NCBI GenBank assembly: GCA_002633005.1
Contig: NMRA01000002.1
Span: 194,804 to 258,803 of the forward strand
DNA: 64,000 nucleotides
Source of the DNA: Phoronis australis
Lineage: Eukaryota > Animalia > Phoronida
Reading direction: 5' to 3'
Part shown: piece by piece, positions 52,495 through 64,000 of the stretch
Numbering within the stretch: position 1 is the first letter of the stretch
How the letters are laid out: every line of letters starts with the position of its first letter
Translations under genes and position numbers: made by a program
The notes under the pieces: generated by a model
What the model was told of the DNA's origin: nothing
Database searches by the model: none
The model's input: only the letters and a program-made list of their open reading frames with translations

Positions 52495-53015
52495 CAACTT
52501 AAGACGATTTCCAAAGCAATCGCGTCATTAATGCCAACACAAAAAAACGGATTTGGTCTTTTGGGCAATTGAGGACTATTTTAAATACAACAAATTTGTT
52601 ACGAACTGATTGCACATAATATAAAACATGTAATAAGCATTACAAAAAGAAGGTTTCGCGCGCAAACGCTGTGGACCATAAACAAGTAGGTCTCTTAGTA
52701 CGAAACTAGGAGTTAAATCGTGGTGGTGCAGTGGTAAAAAACGCGTGCTCTATCCGCCAAGTCGTGAGTTCGAGTCTGTGTCGCTTACAGTTTTTCCTGT
52801 TTGACACTTTCTCCGTTTTTTTTGCCTTTTTTTCTTTGGGAATCAAGGAAAATGCTTGATTTTTAGAGGAAAAAACAGAAAAATTTTCTGGGCGGGGGGT
52901 TTGCCCCCCTCCCAACCTCCCCCCAGTCGGTGCTATTCACATCTACAATTGGGCTTTGAGCAAATTTTTACTGACAAAATGTTGGCCCCCCCTGTGATAT
53001 CCTAGATCCGCCACT
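52495..53015 (-). mobile_element. Dispersed repeat, inverted copy of ~11700-12222 / ~13632-14100, containing a tRNA-like A/B-box segment
   Basis: Reverse-complement match; begins cagtggcggatctagg; internal gtggtgcagtggtaa...gagttcgagtc. Confidence 0.75.
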
Positions 53016-53027
53016 GTGCGATCCAGT

Positions 53028-53279
53028 ATGGCGACTCTGAAGCAGATTGTGTTGAACGTCTTAGCCGATGAACTTAACACTGACCGTCCTTCCTATGGTT
53101 TACTGAGCGATAAATATTAATCTTTGCCACTCCAGGCAATATTAATATCGGCAGCCCAAGACAACAACCGTGAAGGCTTTGGAACGACAAGAATCGAAAA
53201 TTACGTCGAGGAAACTGTTCCTCGCTACAGCGACCCACAATTTAAGTCACACTTTCAGATGAGTCGGTCAACTTTTGAG
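53028..53279 (+). pseudogene. PIF/Harbinger transposase N-terminal exon remnant
   Basis: RIENYVEETVPRYSDPQFKSHFQMSRSTFE followed by GT, matching the Harbinger FRMSRxTF motif; in-frame TAA at codon 31. Confidence 0.7.
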
Positions 53280-56200
53280 GTTTAACTTAGTTTTCGTGTT
53301 GCAAAACCATAATGGGTTCATATGTTGCAGACGTGAAGCCTTCGCAGGACGCCATCTTGGAAATCTAAGCGAACATGCTCTCAAGGTTGTTTGCGAGCGC
53401 TAACGTAAACACAGTTGTTCAGGACGAGGGCACTCAAATTGCTCGCAGGCACTCACTCTATTGAACACGCTTCTGGTAGTTCTGCTCGTCACATAGACTG
53501 ACCATCACCTCTAGGCTCTAGGTGGCAGTAGAGACGGTGAAGCTCCTGTACCTATTGGCAGTTCATATGCTGGAAGCTTTTCATCGAATTATGGCATGCC
53601 TCACACTGATTCAAACATCAAAGTCACATTGCTGTAAGTACCTTATGCGCATAGAGGAACACCTTACTCTCGAGTTCCAAATAGTTGTAGAGACAGCAAT
53701 AATAGTATAGACCGGAAATTTTCAAGATTTCTAAAGATTTATAAACGTAAAAGACCCAAAGACCGCAAAAAGAGTCTGAAATAAATAATCGTATATTCGG
53801 AACTCAAGAGTAGCCCTATGAGGTCATCAATGTCTTTAATATCCTCCAATTCGAACAAATACTACCATAATCAAACTTTTTCTTTGAGCAGTCTTTTGTT
53901 TAGTTGCCCAAATTAGCAACTGGCCTTTCTTAACACTCGACTGCATACGCTCCTGGCAGGTGTGGTAAAAATAGGTGCGCGTGCAGTTTAAAAATAGTTA
54001 GTTACCAATTTGGCGGGTAACTGAACGAAGGACTGTGGGAGTATTTGTTTGAGTTGAGAGGAATTAAAGACACCAACAGCCTCCTAAGGTGTCTCTTTAT
54101 GTCTAAAATGTACTTGTAACAACGTGACTGATGTTTTAATCAGTGAGAGGCATAATTTTCCGAAAAGCTTCCGAAGTATGAAGCATTTATTGGAGCTTCA
54201 CCATCTTACGTGCCAGCTAGAGACGGTGGTCATTGTCTACTCGTCATCTCGGTATGAAACCTATATCAACATGTAGAGGTAACAACCAGTGGGGGTGCAT
54301 ACAAAATCTGGGAGTCAACTGACACTCACCTTGCCCATTGCATCCGTTTAAGTGGAAAACAATCTAATAAAGTCTTTTTCTTGCGTTATTCTCCACCTTT
54401 TAAATCAAAGAAAAGTCTATCATTCTGTGAAGACAGTACGCTCGTGTCATGCGCATGCGCTATTTTCCGAAAATTTTGATGATGACAGCTTTGCAGCAGC
54501 AAAATTTGTTCTGAAATTCGGTTTGTTGGTATTAAAATTCTAAAAACTTGCAAAGAAATGAAACCACTTCCGATAATTTGATGTGACATGTACGCAACCT
54601 TGTGGAGGAGAAAAACAGTTGATTGAAGAATCAGGGCCAATAGGTGATGCAATACTTCATGGCTCCGAAAGCCGACGCAAAATTTTGTACTACAATTATA
54701 GCTGCAGGATAACGATAGAATGCCAATTTCTCCAACACTAGTAAATAATTAAGTTTACTCATTATTAAGATTGTTGTTTTTAATGACACTGATTTTGAGT
54801 CAGATTTTATTTGGTCATTTTTTTACCCACATCGGTGCAGAGCTGTATAATGGTATTTAGTATACAGCTTTGCACCAAGGGTACCAACCCCATAGCCATA
54901 TCGGCGATAATCGTAAACTGGTCATATTTTTACATTGGTCACGTCAGAGGATATGATGGCAATTGTCTATTGACTGAATGGTTAGTGGGTATGATTATGG
55001 GGAGGTCACCGTCTGCGAGCCATGGCGAAGCAGCACAGAGGGGTACCTGTCTAAACACCTTTAAAATCTATCAAGCAAAAGCTTAGCTCAACCTAACCTC
55101 AACATTGCAGTGACTTTACTCTGGCCATGTTGAACGCTGAAAATTCTGTATTTGTTGACTTACTCTTCTTCTATTCCTTTTCAGTGGGTTAGAATGGTTC
55201 TTGTCAAGGTTTGCTCAAGTCAGTGCTATGAAGGCTAAAACTCGGTAAGCATCCATGAGGTTTATTGCGTTTTTGAGATTTTGCCTTGAAATATTTATAT
55301 CATATTAAATTTGGAAATGTTATTGATCCTTTTGTTTTATTATAATTGCACCTTTCTTTTTTGCCGAATTTTCATGAAAAAGCATGACCTAATTAGTGCC
55401 AGATTGTTATAAAGTTATAAATTCATTGCTGCGGAATTTCTTCTTTCATAAAATACACACTTTTGCTGAGTTCTAATAGGTTTATAGATATTTGGCTAAA
55501 TATGCTGCCTTGTTGATAAAGTCCTACATGTGTAACCTTTATGTGTTCAGTGCGCAAATTCTTTCCATGTAATAATCTCCAGTTCAATATGGCTCCTGAA
55601 ATGAATGTCTTTCATTTGTTACTCATTACTGAAGCGTGATTATTAAATGAGCACTTTGTGATCGAGCAGGTGTTATTGCTGTTGTCTTACGTTTTAAATT
55701 TGTCTCATCAGAAGCTCTGCGGATGACCATGAGTCGTTGTAAGTTGTGTTTGCAAGACTTTCCTGTGTTCTTTGTTGCTATTGAAGATCTAGATAATTGA
55801 TGTGTATTTCACTAATCTGGATTGCAGTGTGCAACAGTGTTGATATTTTTTGAGAGACATTGGGTGAGTGTATTTCATTTTCTTAATGACAATTCAGTTA
55901 AGTCGAATGCAACAGTAACACTACCAAACTGACTAACACAGGTCAGTAACACAACGACCAGTCACTCGGTAAATATACAGGACTCCTATGTAACAATACC
56001 ATGACGTGATTACCATTTTCCAAATGGTGTTGTTATTTGGTCGTTGAAGCTCTGTCCACTCACTCCGATTCAAAATCTTTGAATACCATATAACCCTGCA
56101 AATAAGCATATGTGCACCAAAATGCAGAACAATGTGTATTCTTGCATGATTTTCCTTTCGAATGCCTCGCATATAGGTTCCATTAGGCACACACTTAATT

Positions 56201-57533
56201 GTGGTCTATACAATAGAACTTTTTCATAAACAACTTCTTGGAGTGTGTAGGTAGGTGTTACAATTCTACGTTTTGAGCTAAAAAGTCATGTACAACATAT
56301 CGACTTCAATACAACACAACCGATTTTAGTCCTACTTTAGTTCTACATAAAGTCCGTATTTGGAGATCACAGAACAAATGCTAACCATTATTTACTTGTT
56401 CCTCAAGATTTGGTGTGTATGGTGTTGATGGATTGTATGAAGCAACAGTACTACACACTGCGGTCATCTCTGAATGCCCCCATTCAGTAAAGCCACAACG
56501 CTACAAAAATAGCGTCAGTTGTAAATAAAGTTGTTTACAACTTGTCGAAGATTGTAGACAATGGTCCAAAGGTTGTATAGGAAGACATATTTGAAAAATT
56601 GGAGTCAAGGCGCTGTGCTCCTTATAGGCCAACCGCCATGCATTTTTACCTCGTTGATTAAAGATGTCAGTGTAAACATGGATGCTCTTGAGACCGAAAT
56701 CTGAAAAGTGTGGTTGATGTATCTCTTTGTCATGAGATCATGTGTAATCCATCGTGAACAAAATCACTCTTTGCTCCGACTGGTGGTTATTTGTGAAATA
56801 CATGAATATGACAATTAAAAAGGTTATCATTATGTTATTTTCTTATTTGTTTTGGTTAGATAAAAAACATATCATGCCTTGCCAACTGTGGAAGAATACC
56901 AAAACAAGATTGACCTGCGTACTTGATTAGTGAGGTCAGACTGAACTTGTTACTGTAAGAAAAATACTTACCATGGATGGATGAACTGTTTTAAGTACCA
57001 GTTTTGTTTAAATACCAGTTTTGTTTAAATACCATTCTTAACTGATTTTTAGGCTGGTAAAAAACCTGGCAATATCTTTCAACATTCCTGCATAGACCTT
57101 CCAACCATGTCACTATCGATACTAATTGTGTGGTAGGCCTCTAATTTGGTACATTGGCAACAAAAAACATGTCATCTACTGCTTTTTTGACTGAAAAGAG
57201 TTTTTTTATTTCTTGGTGTCAGTACTTACCCTTTGAGGTACTCATAAGTTGAAAATAATTTTGCCTTGCGGGCCCTGTATCTTTGTGGATTGTCATGACA
57301 TTACTAGTTTGAAGTGCTGTAACTTAGCTTTAGAATAACAGGTGTTTAGTTTTATTATATAGTTTGTTAAACTAATTAGTGTGTGTGTGTGTGTGTTTGT
57401 ACACTTTAAGAACAGCTGCTGTTAAAATTGTCTTTTCGTGACGACCAAGTAAACTAGTGAGGTAATAGATTTCCTGAGGAAAGACTTGTGTAATGACCTG
57501 AATTTAGTAGTTTAGACCATGGTGTCAATTTTC

Positions 57534-57810
57534 GTAATGTTTGGTTTACTCAGACAAGTTTACTGTGTTAAAAATTACAATGATCATGTGCTTATTTAGG
57601 CCCGTAAACATAGGTATGATCATGTGCTTATTTAGGCCCGTAAACATAGGTATTTATCTCTTGTATTTGTTCGTGTCTTAAACTGGTTGTTTTTAATGTT
57701 ACATTTTAGTAATGTTTGGTTTACTCAAGTTTACTATTACACTAATCATGTGCTTATTTAGGCCCATAAATGTAGGCATTTATCTCTTGTATTTGTGCTT
57801 GTCTTAAACC
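57534..57810 (+). repeat. Local tandem duplications (36-bp unit x2 inside a ~175-bp duplication)
   Basis: tgatcatgtgcttatttaggcccgtaaacataggta is repeated, and a degenerate copy lies at ~57745. Confidence 0.7.
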
Positions 57811-58071
57811 ATAGGCAGCGCACTGAAGAAAGCCCCCCCCAGCCCCCTATAGTGTGCCGGCCATGTAAACTGGTTGTTTCTAATGTTGTTCTGTCCTTTC
57901 AGAGTACTTTTTGTTGAATTTGTGACATTGTATTTACCATTTTATAATGGATAGGTCAAGTTTCATTGTATTGCAGTCTTAAAATTAAAATTTTGGTTTT
58001 ACTCAATTGTTATGTGTTCCTAATTCTGGATGTTGGGACAGCTTCACAAATGAGTGCCTTGGACAAAGGGG

Positions 58072-58140
58072 GGCAGTGCGGTCTAGTGGGATAAGTGTCC
58101 ACGTCCTTTCCTTAAGGTCCGAGGTTTGAGTCCCACTGGG
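58072..58140 (+). mobile_element. tRNA-derived SINE head, similar to 40322-40392
   Basis: ggcagtgcggtctagtgg (A box) ... ggtttgagtccc (B box). Confidence 0.55.
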
Positions 58141-58546
58141 GCATACTGCTGGACCCTTGGATCCTCAGCTCGGTTTTAACTATTGCCCCTTTTTTACCCA
58201 AAAAAATAATTGCCAAAATTTTTATTTTCTGTTTTTCAAAGGCCGGTTGCTTTTACCGCAAGCAATGGAAAATTTATGAAATGTTGTTTTACTGTATGAC
58301 ACCTACAGCCCATGCATGGGATACAGGTGTACCATATTTTATTAATTCATGTTGTTGAAAAATTTGGTAGAACAGAATTTCACATGTCGGCCATTTTGTA
58401 TGGTAAATACTTGAAGAATTAGCGAACCTATATAGACCTGTACCATGTGTTCTTGACATGCGCTATTCCTGTATGGATAACTTTGTTTCTTTCCTTTCAG
58501 ATTTCTAATTGCCAGCCTGTACAGCACTGCGCAAAGATATGTCCCA

Positions 58547-59677
58547 ATGAAGAAGATTGCACATATGTCCAAGACTTTATTATTATTTTTACTCGTAGTC
58601 ATGTTGCTGACGGTGCTTTCCCGAGCAATGCAAAGCAAGTCTATCCCACAGTCTGAGAGCTGTCAAGACTGTTTCTCATTTTCTTACAAGTATCGTATCA
58701 ATGAGAAGCAATTGTGCTTTCAATACGGACCTTTCAGCCCGCAAGTTGTCATTCTAGTCAGTAGTCGCCCTTCGTCCTTTGATAGTCGCAAAGCAGTTCG
58801 TGAAACGTGGTCGAAATCGCTCAGTGCTTATCCAGGTCGTGTTGCTATGGCGTTTGTAATTGGAGAGGAGCCCAGGTGGAATACAGTAATCAAGAAGGAG
58901 TCCTCGAGACATCATGACATAATACAGGGGAATTTTAATTACCAGTCCCGGACGTTGGAAACGGTTTTCATGTTGAAGTGGATAGCCGAATTTTGCTCAA
59001 GTACACCAGTATTTCTGCTAACTGATGATTCAATTTACATCAATGTACCATTGTTTATGAAATATATTGTTTATCGACAGTCACATGGGTGGGAGCCCGG
59101 AAATGGCTTAGTGAGACAGTGTTTTGGCAGTGAAATAACTCGTTCGCAGAAATCTCTGCCTTCTAGCAAAGGCTCACAAAGTACATATTGTGATAATGGC
59201 ATTTACATGATGTCAGGTGAACTTGCCAAAGCAATGTATATTTCGTCATCGCAGGTCTCTTTCGATGATGACGAGGGTACATTCATTTCTGCTGTTATGC
59301 AATATCTAAGACTTCCAGTTGAGTCAGAGTCAACATTAGCCTCGTTTTCAGCAAGTTTTGACGATGATACCATCAAAGTTTTGCCACCTCATTTCTTCTG
59401 CCGTTGCTCAATGTTCGTGAAGAATCTCCCAACAAGACAGTTCAGAGAAGTGTACAGGACTCAGGTGGAGTTGGATTGCAGCACATTTAGTCCTACCTAC
59501 AGTAGCTATTATCCAGCTTGTTTCCCTTTGTATGTTTACAAACATTTTCTATTTTATACCGTTTTGTTAGTCATTATAACAGCAGTTTTAACAGTTTTTG
59601 TTAGACAATTTTTGTTCAAGCATCTTAGACAACTTAGGGTGTTAAGTCTAAGAAATGTACATTATCTTATTAAGTAA
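58547..59677 (+). CDS. GT31 family beta-1,3-galactosyltransferase-like protein (376 aa), divergent
   Basis: N-terminal signal anchor; motifs SRKAVRETW, DIIQGNF, TDDSIYINV and YCDNGIYMMS. Splice acceptor ttcctttcag at 58500 before the ATG. Confidence 0.88.
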   Translation: MKKIAHMSKTLLLFLLVVMLLTVLSRAMQSKSIPQSESCQDCFSFSYKYRINEKQLCFQYGPFSPQVVILVSSRPSSFDSRKAVRETWSKSLSAYPGRVAMAFVIGEEPRWNTVIKKESSRHHDIIQGNFNYQSRTLETVFMLKWIAEFCSSTPVFLLTDDSIYINVPLFMKYIVYRQSHGWEPGNGLVRQCFGSEITRSQKSLPSSKGSQSTYCDNGIYMMSGELAKAMYISSSQVSFDDDEGTFISAVMQYLRLPVESESTLASFSASFDDDTIKVLPPHFFCRCSMFVKNLPTRQFREVYRTQVELDCSTFSPTYSSYYPACFPLYVYKHFLFYTVLLVIITAVLTVFVRQFLFKHLRQLRVLSLRNVHYLIK

Positions 59678-60826
59678 GACGTCTTTCTAACAGGTTCACG
59701 GTAATGTAAAGTAATATTCTGTTAGATTATACAGTACTGGCCATTGAACTTGCGCTATTGTTAAACTTATTTTCCTTTCTTTTGGCAGTCCAAAACAACA
59801 AAATCAAAACTAACTGTATTAACAAGTCCAAAAAATGGTTTTCAAAAAATCCTTGAATCTCACTGATTTAGGACACAATGTGACGGGCTATTGAACTTAT
59901 TTCTCTTATTTTTCATAAAAAAACATGTGGCCTCAAAATAATTGTTTACCATGTTCAACTTCTGTACTATTTACTAACATGCTAGATGGCCTTGAAAAAT
60001 GAAAAAAGGTAATTTTGGCAATTATTTTCATCCTGAAATTGATGAGATTTTACCATACAAAACTTTATTCCGTTTGTGACGAGAATTCACAGAGTTTGCC
60101 TGTCAAAAATACTTCAGACAATCATTGAGAAGGCCAGCTCTGTTATGGTGAGACTGTTGTCGTGGCAACAAATTGTCCTATTTGATAGATCTATTACTTA
60201 TCATATTTCTTGATTGGGAATTTGAAATGTAAGTTAAGAGGAAATTCTGGAACAATTTTGATGCAGCCTGGTGTGATAAATGCAACATCTTAGTCATTTG
60301 GAGTGGCACCAAAAAGCATAGATAGGCTTTTTTGTTGGCTCGGCAGTTTTATTAACTCTGCTTGATTGTGATAGGGTTGTTTTTTCCCGTTTGGTTACCA
60401 TGTTGATATCTGCGACACCATGGCTCAGCTTATCATAGCTCAGCATGTCACGATCCACGGTTTATTTAATTTCCCAAAACAATACATTATTAATTTTAGA
60501 AATGATCCTCACTACGATTTTATTTGAGTACTAAAGGTCTTACCTAAGCAATAATACATGAAGATTTCAGTGCCTTTTCCGATGTGGTACCAATTGTGGA
60601 CACGACCGTTTTCATTTTTCCAAGGCTTCTCATATTGTTGGGAATGCCCAAAATTTCTCAAATCATTGTCTGATATAGTAGCTATGATTTAGATCTTAAA
60701 AATGATCAAGGTTCTATTTGGTGCTACCAAAGGCGCTCATGAACTATTTTTTTGTTATATTAGCATTATCCCTTCAAGATGAGAAGGTAGATAGGTAAAA
60801 TACTTCAAAATGAAGAACCAGTGGCA

Positions 60827-61251
60827 GGTTGCATGAAACAGTCCGAAATAGGGACTCAACTAAGGTCCCTAAGTCTGTTTGCGGATTTGTGTCTTTATGA
60901 ACTCGTAGGTGCAATATTTTTCTATCCTTTCATCGTTATTATCATCAGCTCCTCTTTGATTAATGACATTTTCTAATCATATAACTAAAAACTGAATAAA
61001 GAGTTCATTGAAAATAAATAGAGACTCAGTCCTTAAATTGGTGGTATTGCATGAAAAGGTCCCTAATTATTTTAGATAATATTGGCAATTCAACATAGAG
61101 TTCACTCTCGCTTTGTGGTCAAAAGTTGACCTAGTAATGAAACTAAAACAATACAAGAAAGGGCAATCGATGTTTTCACAAGTCCAAAAAATATACAGTA
61201 GATTTATAGGGAACTTAGTTGAGTCCCTATTTGGGACTGTTTCATGCAACC
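60827..61251. mobile_element. MITE with ~38-bp TIRs; related partial inverted copy at ~25975-26215
   Basis: ggttgcatgaaacagtccgaaatagggactcaactaag versus cttagttgagtccctatttgggactgtttcatgcaacc. Confidence 0.75.
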
Positions 61252-64000
61252 GCGCACTGCTCTCCAGCAATTATGTACTGGAAGCTCTTTCCAAGAAAAT
61301 AGATCACATCTGTTTTGACGAAAGTGTTTCAGGAGTATGCACAAAACCTTACTAATTGTACCCCGGGCAAAATGTCTGACACTGACGTGATTGGTTGGTG
61401 AGGTTGAAATATTGAAAGTATGGTATAGAATTCTCAGTTTAATAAGTGAGTGTCTTGGGTACACTGCAACGCTGCACCGGTCATGTACTGTTTTAATTGT
61501 AAAATGGTGTTTTATGGTACTTATAGTGTTTGCCTCATTTTTTGTATTTTTATAAAATTTGTGCGTTTTGTAAGACTTTTCTTTGTGAATCAAACTATCT
61601 TTTGTTGTATAATATATAAAATGGTTTAATTATTAAAAATGTTACATTTCATCTCAGTACTTGGGTTTCTAAACTTTTAATAACGGAAAGTTGCACAAAT
61701 TCGCAATGTGGTAACCATGCAGAGTGTCTGCAGTCATGCACATGGGTAACCAGTGTGAGGTCTCACAAACCTCAGCAGGATATCCACTGGGCAGTTGCAA
61801 GTTAGCACGATATGTCAACAGAAGTAGGACAAACATGTGCCTTGTTCGTCAGTTTCGCGGATAGTATTTGTCTGCAAGTGTCCTCTCTAGGATAAATGAT
61901 ATCTCTTTTGGCTAAGTGCGATGTCAAAAGGTACATTTAACCCGCGCTATGTCCTAAGAAGTCAACTTTTGATTCAGATCAGTTACTGCTGTAAAACTGG
62001 TCGCGACTTGTTCCTTACCCTTGCAAGTTACTGACAGATCGTTATTCCTCGAGACAAGCTTTGACAAGCCAACTTCCCAGACGTAGACTTCAGCAACACT
62101 GAACCGTCAGATGTTCCAAGCCCCTGAATTCACTTCTTATGAGTAAGGAACAATTTGAGACCAATTTAATAACGACAAGTTTGTTTTTATTTTGCGATGG
62201 GAGGCAAGTTTGTATCCACGTTATCTGAAATAGAAACTTTTGATTTGATTACCTCTGAAGGATTATAGTTTGAAAACTCGTCTGTTATTAGTACAAAAAT
62301 ATTACTGATGTATATGATTGACATCTTTCATATTTTCAAAGATGAACTACATTGCTGAACATGTTCACATTTTTACCCAAAGTTCCTAAGTCACAGCTGT
62401 GTTCTATAAATCATGCTAATGAAGAAGTAAAACTTTCCGAAGTTTTGTTTTCGTTGAAAATTTTGACAAAGGGAAATTCCTCTATTCCACCATATTTTGA
62501 AAAATTTTGTGGTATTGGCCGTAGTTTCATCTCTCGGAATGTCCATTGGTGTAGAAGAGCATGAAAACATTTTTGATGAATGTGTTTTCGACTAATTATT
62601 CTTCATCATACCAGTGTCAGTCTTATGTGTTTTCATTTTGCTGTATTCATTGGATTTTAAAGGAATGAAGTTTTTGACCATGTCGTTGGGTGGTGTCCGA
62701 CCAGTGACCAGTGTTTGACCTTCAGCAAATAAATGTGCTGGCTCGCCGGGCCAGTTACATGAATATGAGACCACATCCAGATAGGGCCTATATGTTAAAA
62801 TTTACAGGCCTGGCTGCAAATCCACTAGCCCCGGGCCATCGTGTATTTCAAACGCTGCTAGTGACTAGGTAAAGTCTCATTTAATGAAAAGAGATGAATG
62901 AAGAAAGTTCAATTTTAGTGCTTTGCTGCCGTCATCATTGAACATAGTAGTGCAAATGCATGAACGAGATCTTGCAAGTCAGTCTCCACAGAGCCTACTT
63001 GTGGCTCAACAGAGCTCACTTGTGGCTCATTTTGTTGGTGTGGTTGACTGTCATTAAATAGTACGTTGTTGTTGTATCACCTTAAATAATAAACTTTATC
63101 CACTTATGAATATTGAAGCTTGTTAGGTCATTACGTTTTTTAAATTGGAATTTCATAAATAATTGATGACGTCATAATTTTCAGAATCATTTTTAAAACA
63201 AAGTAATTCATTTTCCAGCTACTAAATGTTTGATTTGTTTGGGGTGTGCTCCAGAAAAGAATTTACTTGCACATTAGTAATACCCAAAACTCGAGTGAAA
63301 GGTGAGTGTAAACTAGCATAACAGGCACACTGAAGTGATTGGTCTGCGTAGCGATACTGTTGAATTCAGGGAGGGGAATGTTTTTTGTTAAATGTAACGT
63401 GCCTCTGGTTTACAGGATTTGGGTATTAAACCCAGTAGTGGTCGGTCAAAAATGGGATCATGATGATTGAATGATCACTCCAACATCCATTGGAAAATTT
63501 AGGAAAACCAGTACACTTACTGCTGTCAGTGGTAAATGGTGGTCGGTGAATATTGTTATGCTCCTACACTATCGCACATGGATGCAAGCTGCCCCCAAGC
63601 CTGGCCTACCCCTAGAATTTCTTTTTGGTATTGCAAATTGGCTACAGCTGCACCCTAACTATTCAGTGCCACCTTTATGAAGAATAGGTCCTCTTTTTCT
63701 TACCAGAATTCTACGAAAACAGATGTTGGCAAGGGGTTCTGGATTTAGAGAACCAGTTTTATAACAGTTATTCAGTGGAGAAAACTGTTTATTAAGATAC
63801 AGTATCCCTGTAAGTGACCCAGCTGTTCTCCCAGTGACGTGGGATACATTTATAACAGCTAAGACCTCACCAACGCCAACTAGTCAACTTTGAGATCTGT
63901 TTATTTTTTGTAATTCCAGGTATACCACGTACACCCAAGGTTAAAAAACAATTGATGCAATAGTAACAATTTGAAAAGAAATGAATTTTGGCGGGAATGT

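Noticed and set aside
61978-62142. Possible coding exon bounded by AG and GTAAG
   Set aside because: Stops in all three frames; at most a non-coding exon.

Overview
AT-rich, intron-rich animal (invertebrate) genomic DNA from an apparently heterozygous assembly, with single-N joins flanked by near-duplicate blocks and a ~960-nt N gap. Three protein-coding loci are supported. (1) On the minus strand, an AIG1/ADTRP (FAR-17a) family locus is represented by four tandem, divergent copies of coding exon 1 (1412-1561, 4179-4325, 9183-9323, 17513-17665). Each has its own ATG, a TM helix and a (F/Y)LT catalytic-threonine motif, and ends at an identically placed phase-0 GT donor. I found no convincing downstream exons between them, which suggests a variable-first-exon array spliced to shared constant exons left of the window. 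This is the most notable observation. (2) On the plus strand, a complete 11-coding-exon schnurri/HIVEP gene (22601-46325, ~2060 aa) has 11 zinc fingers, including an extra C-terminal triplet. (3) A single-coding-exon GT31 beta-1,3-glycosyltransferase-like gene (58547-59677) has degenerate acidic motifs and an extra C-terminal TM segment. The rest is MITEs, tRNA-derived SINE heads, BEL/Pao, CR1/L2 and Harbinger remnants, and a 16-bp minisatellite.
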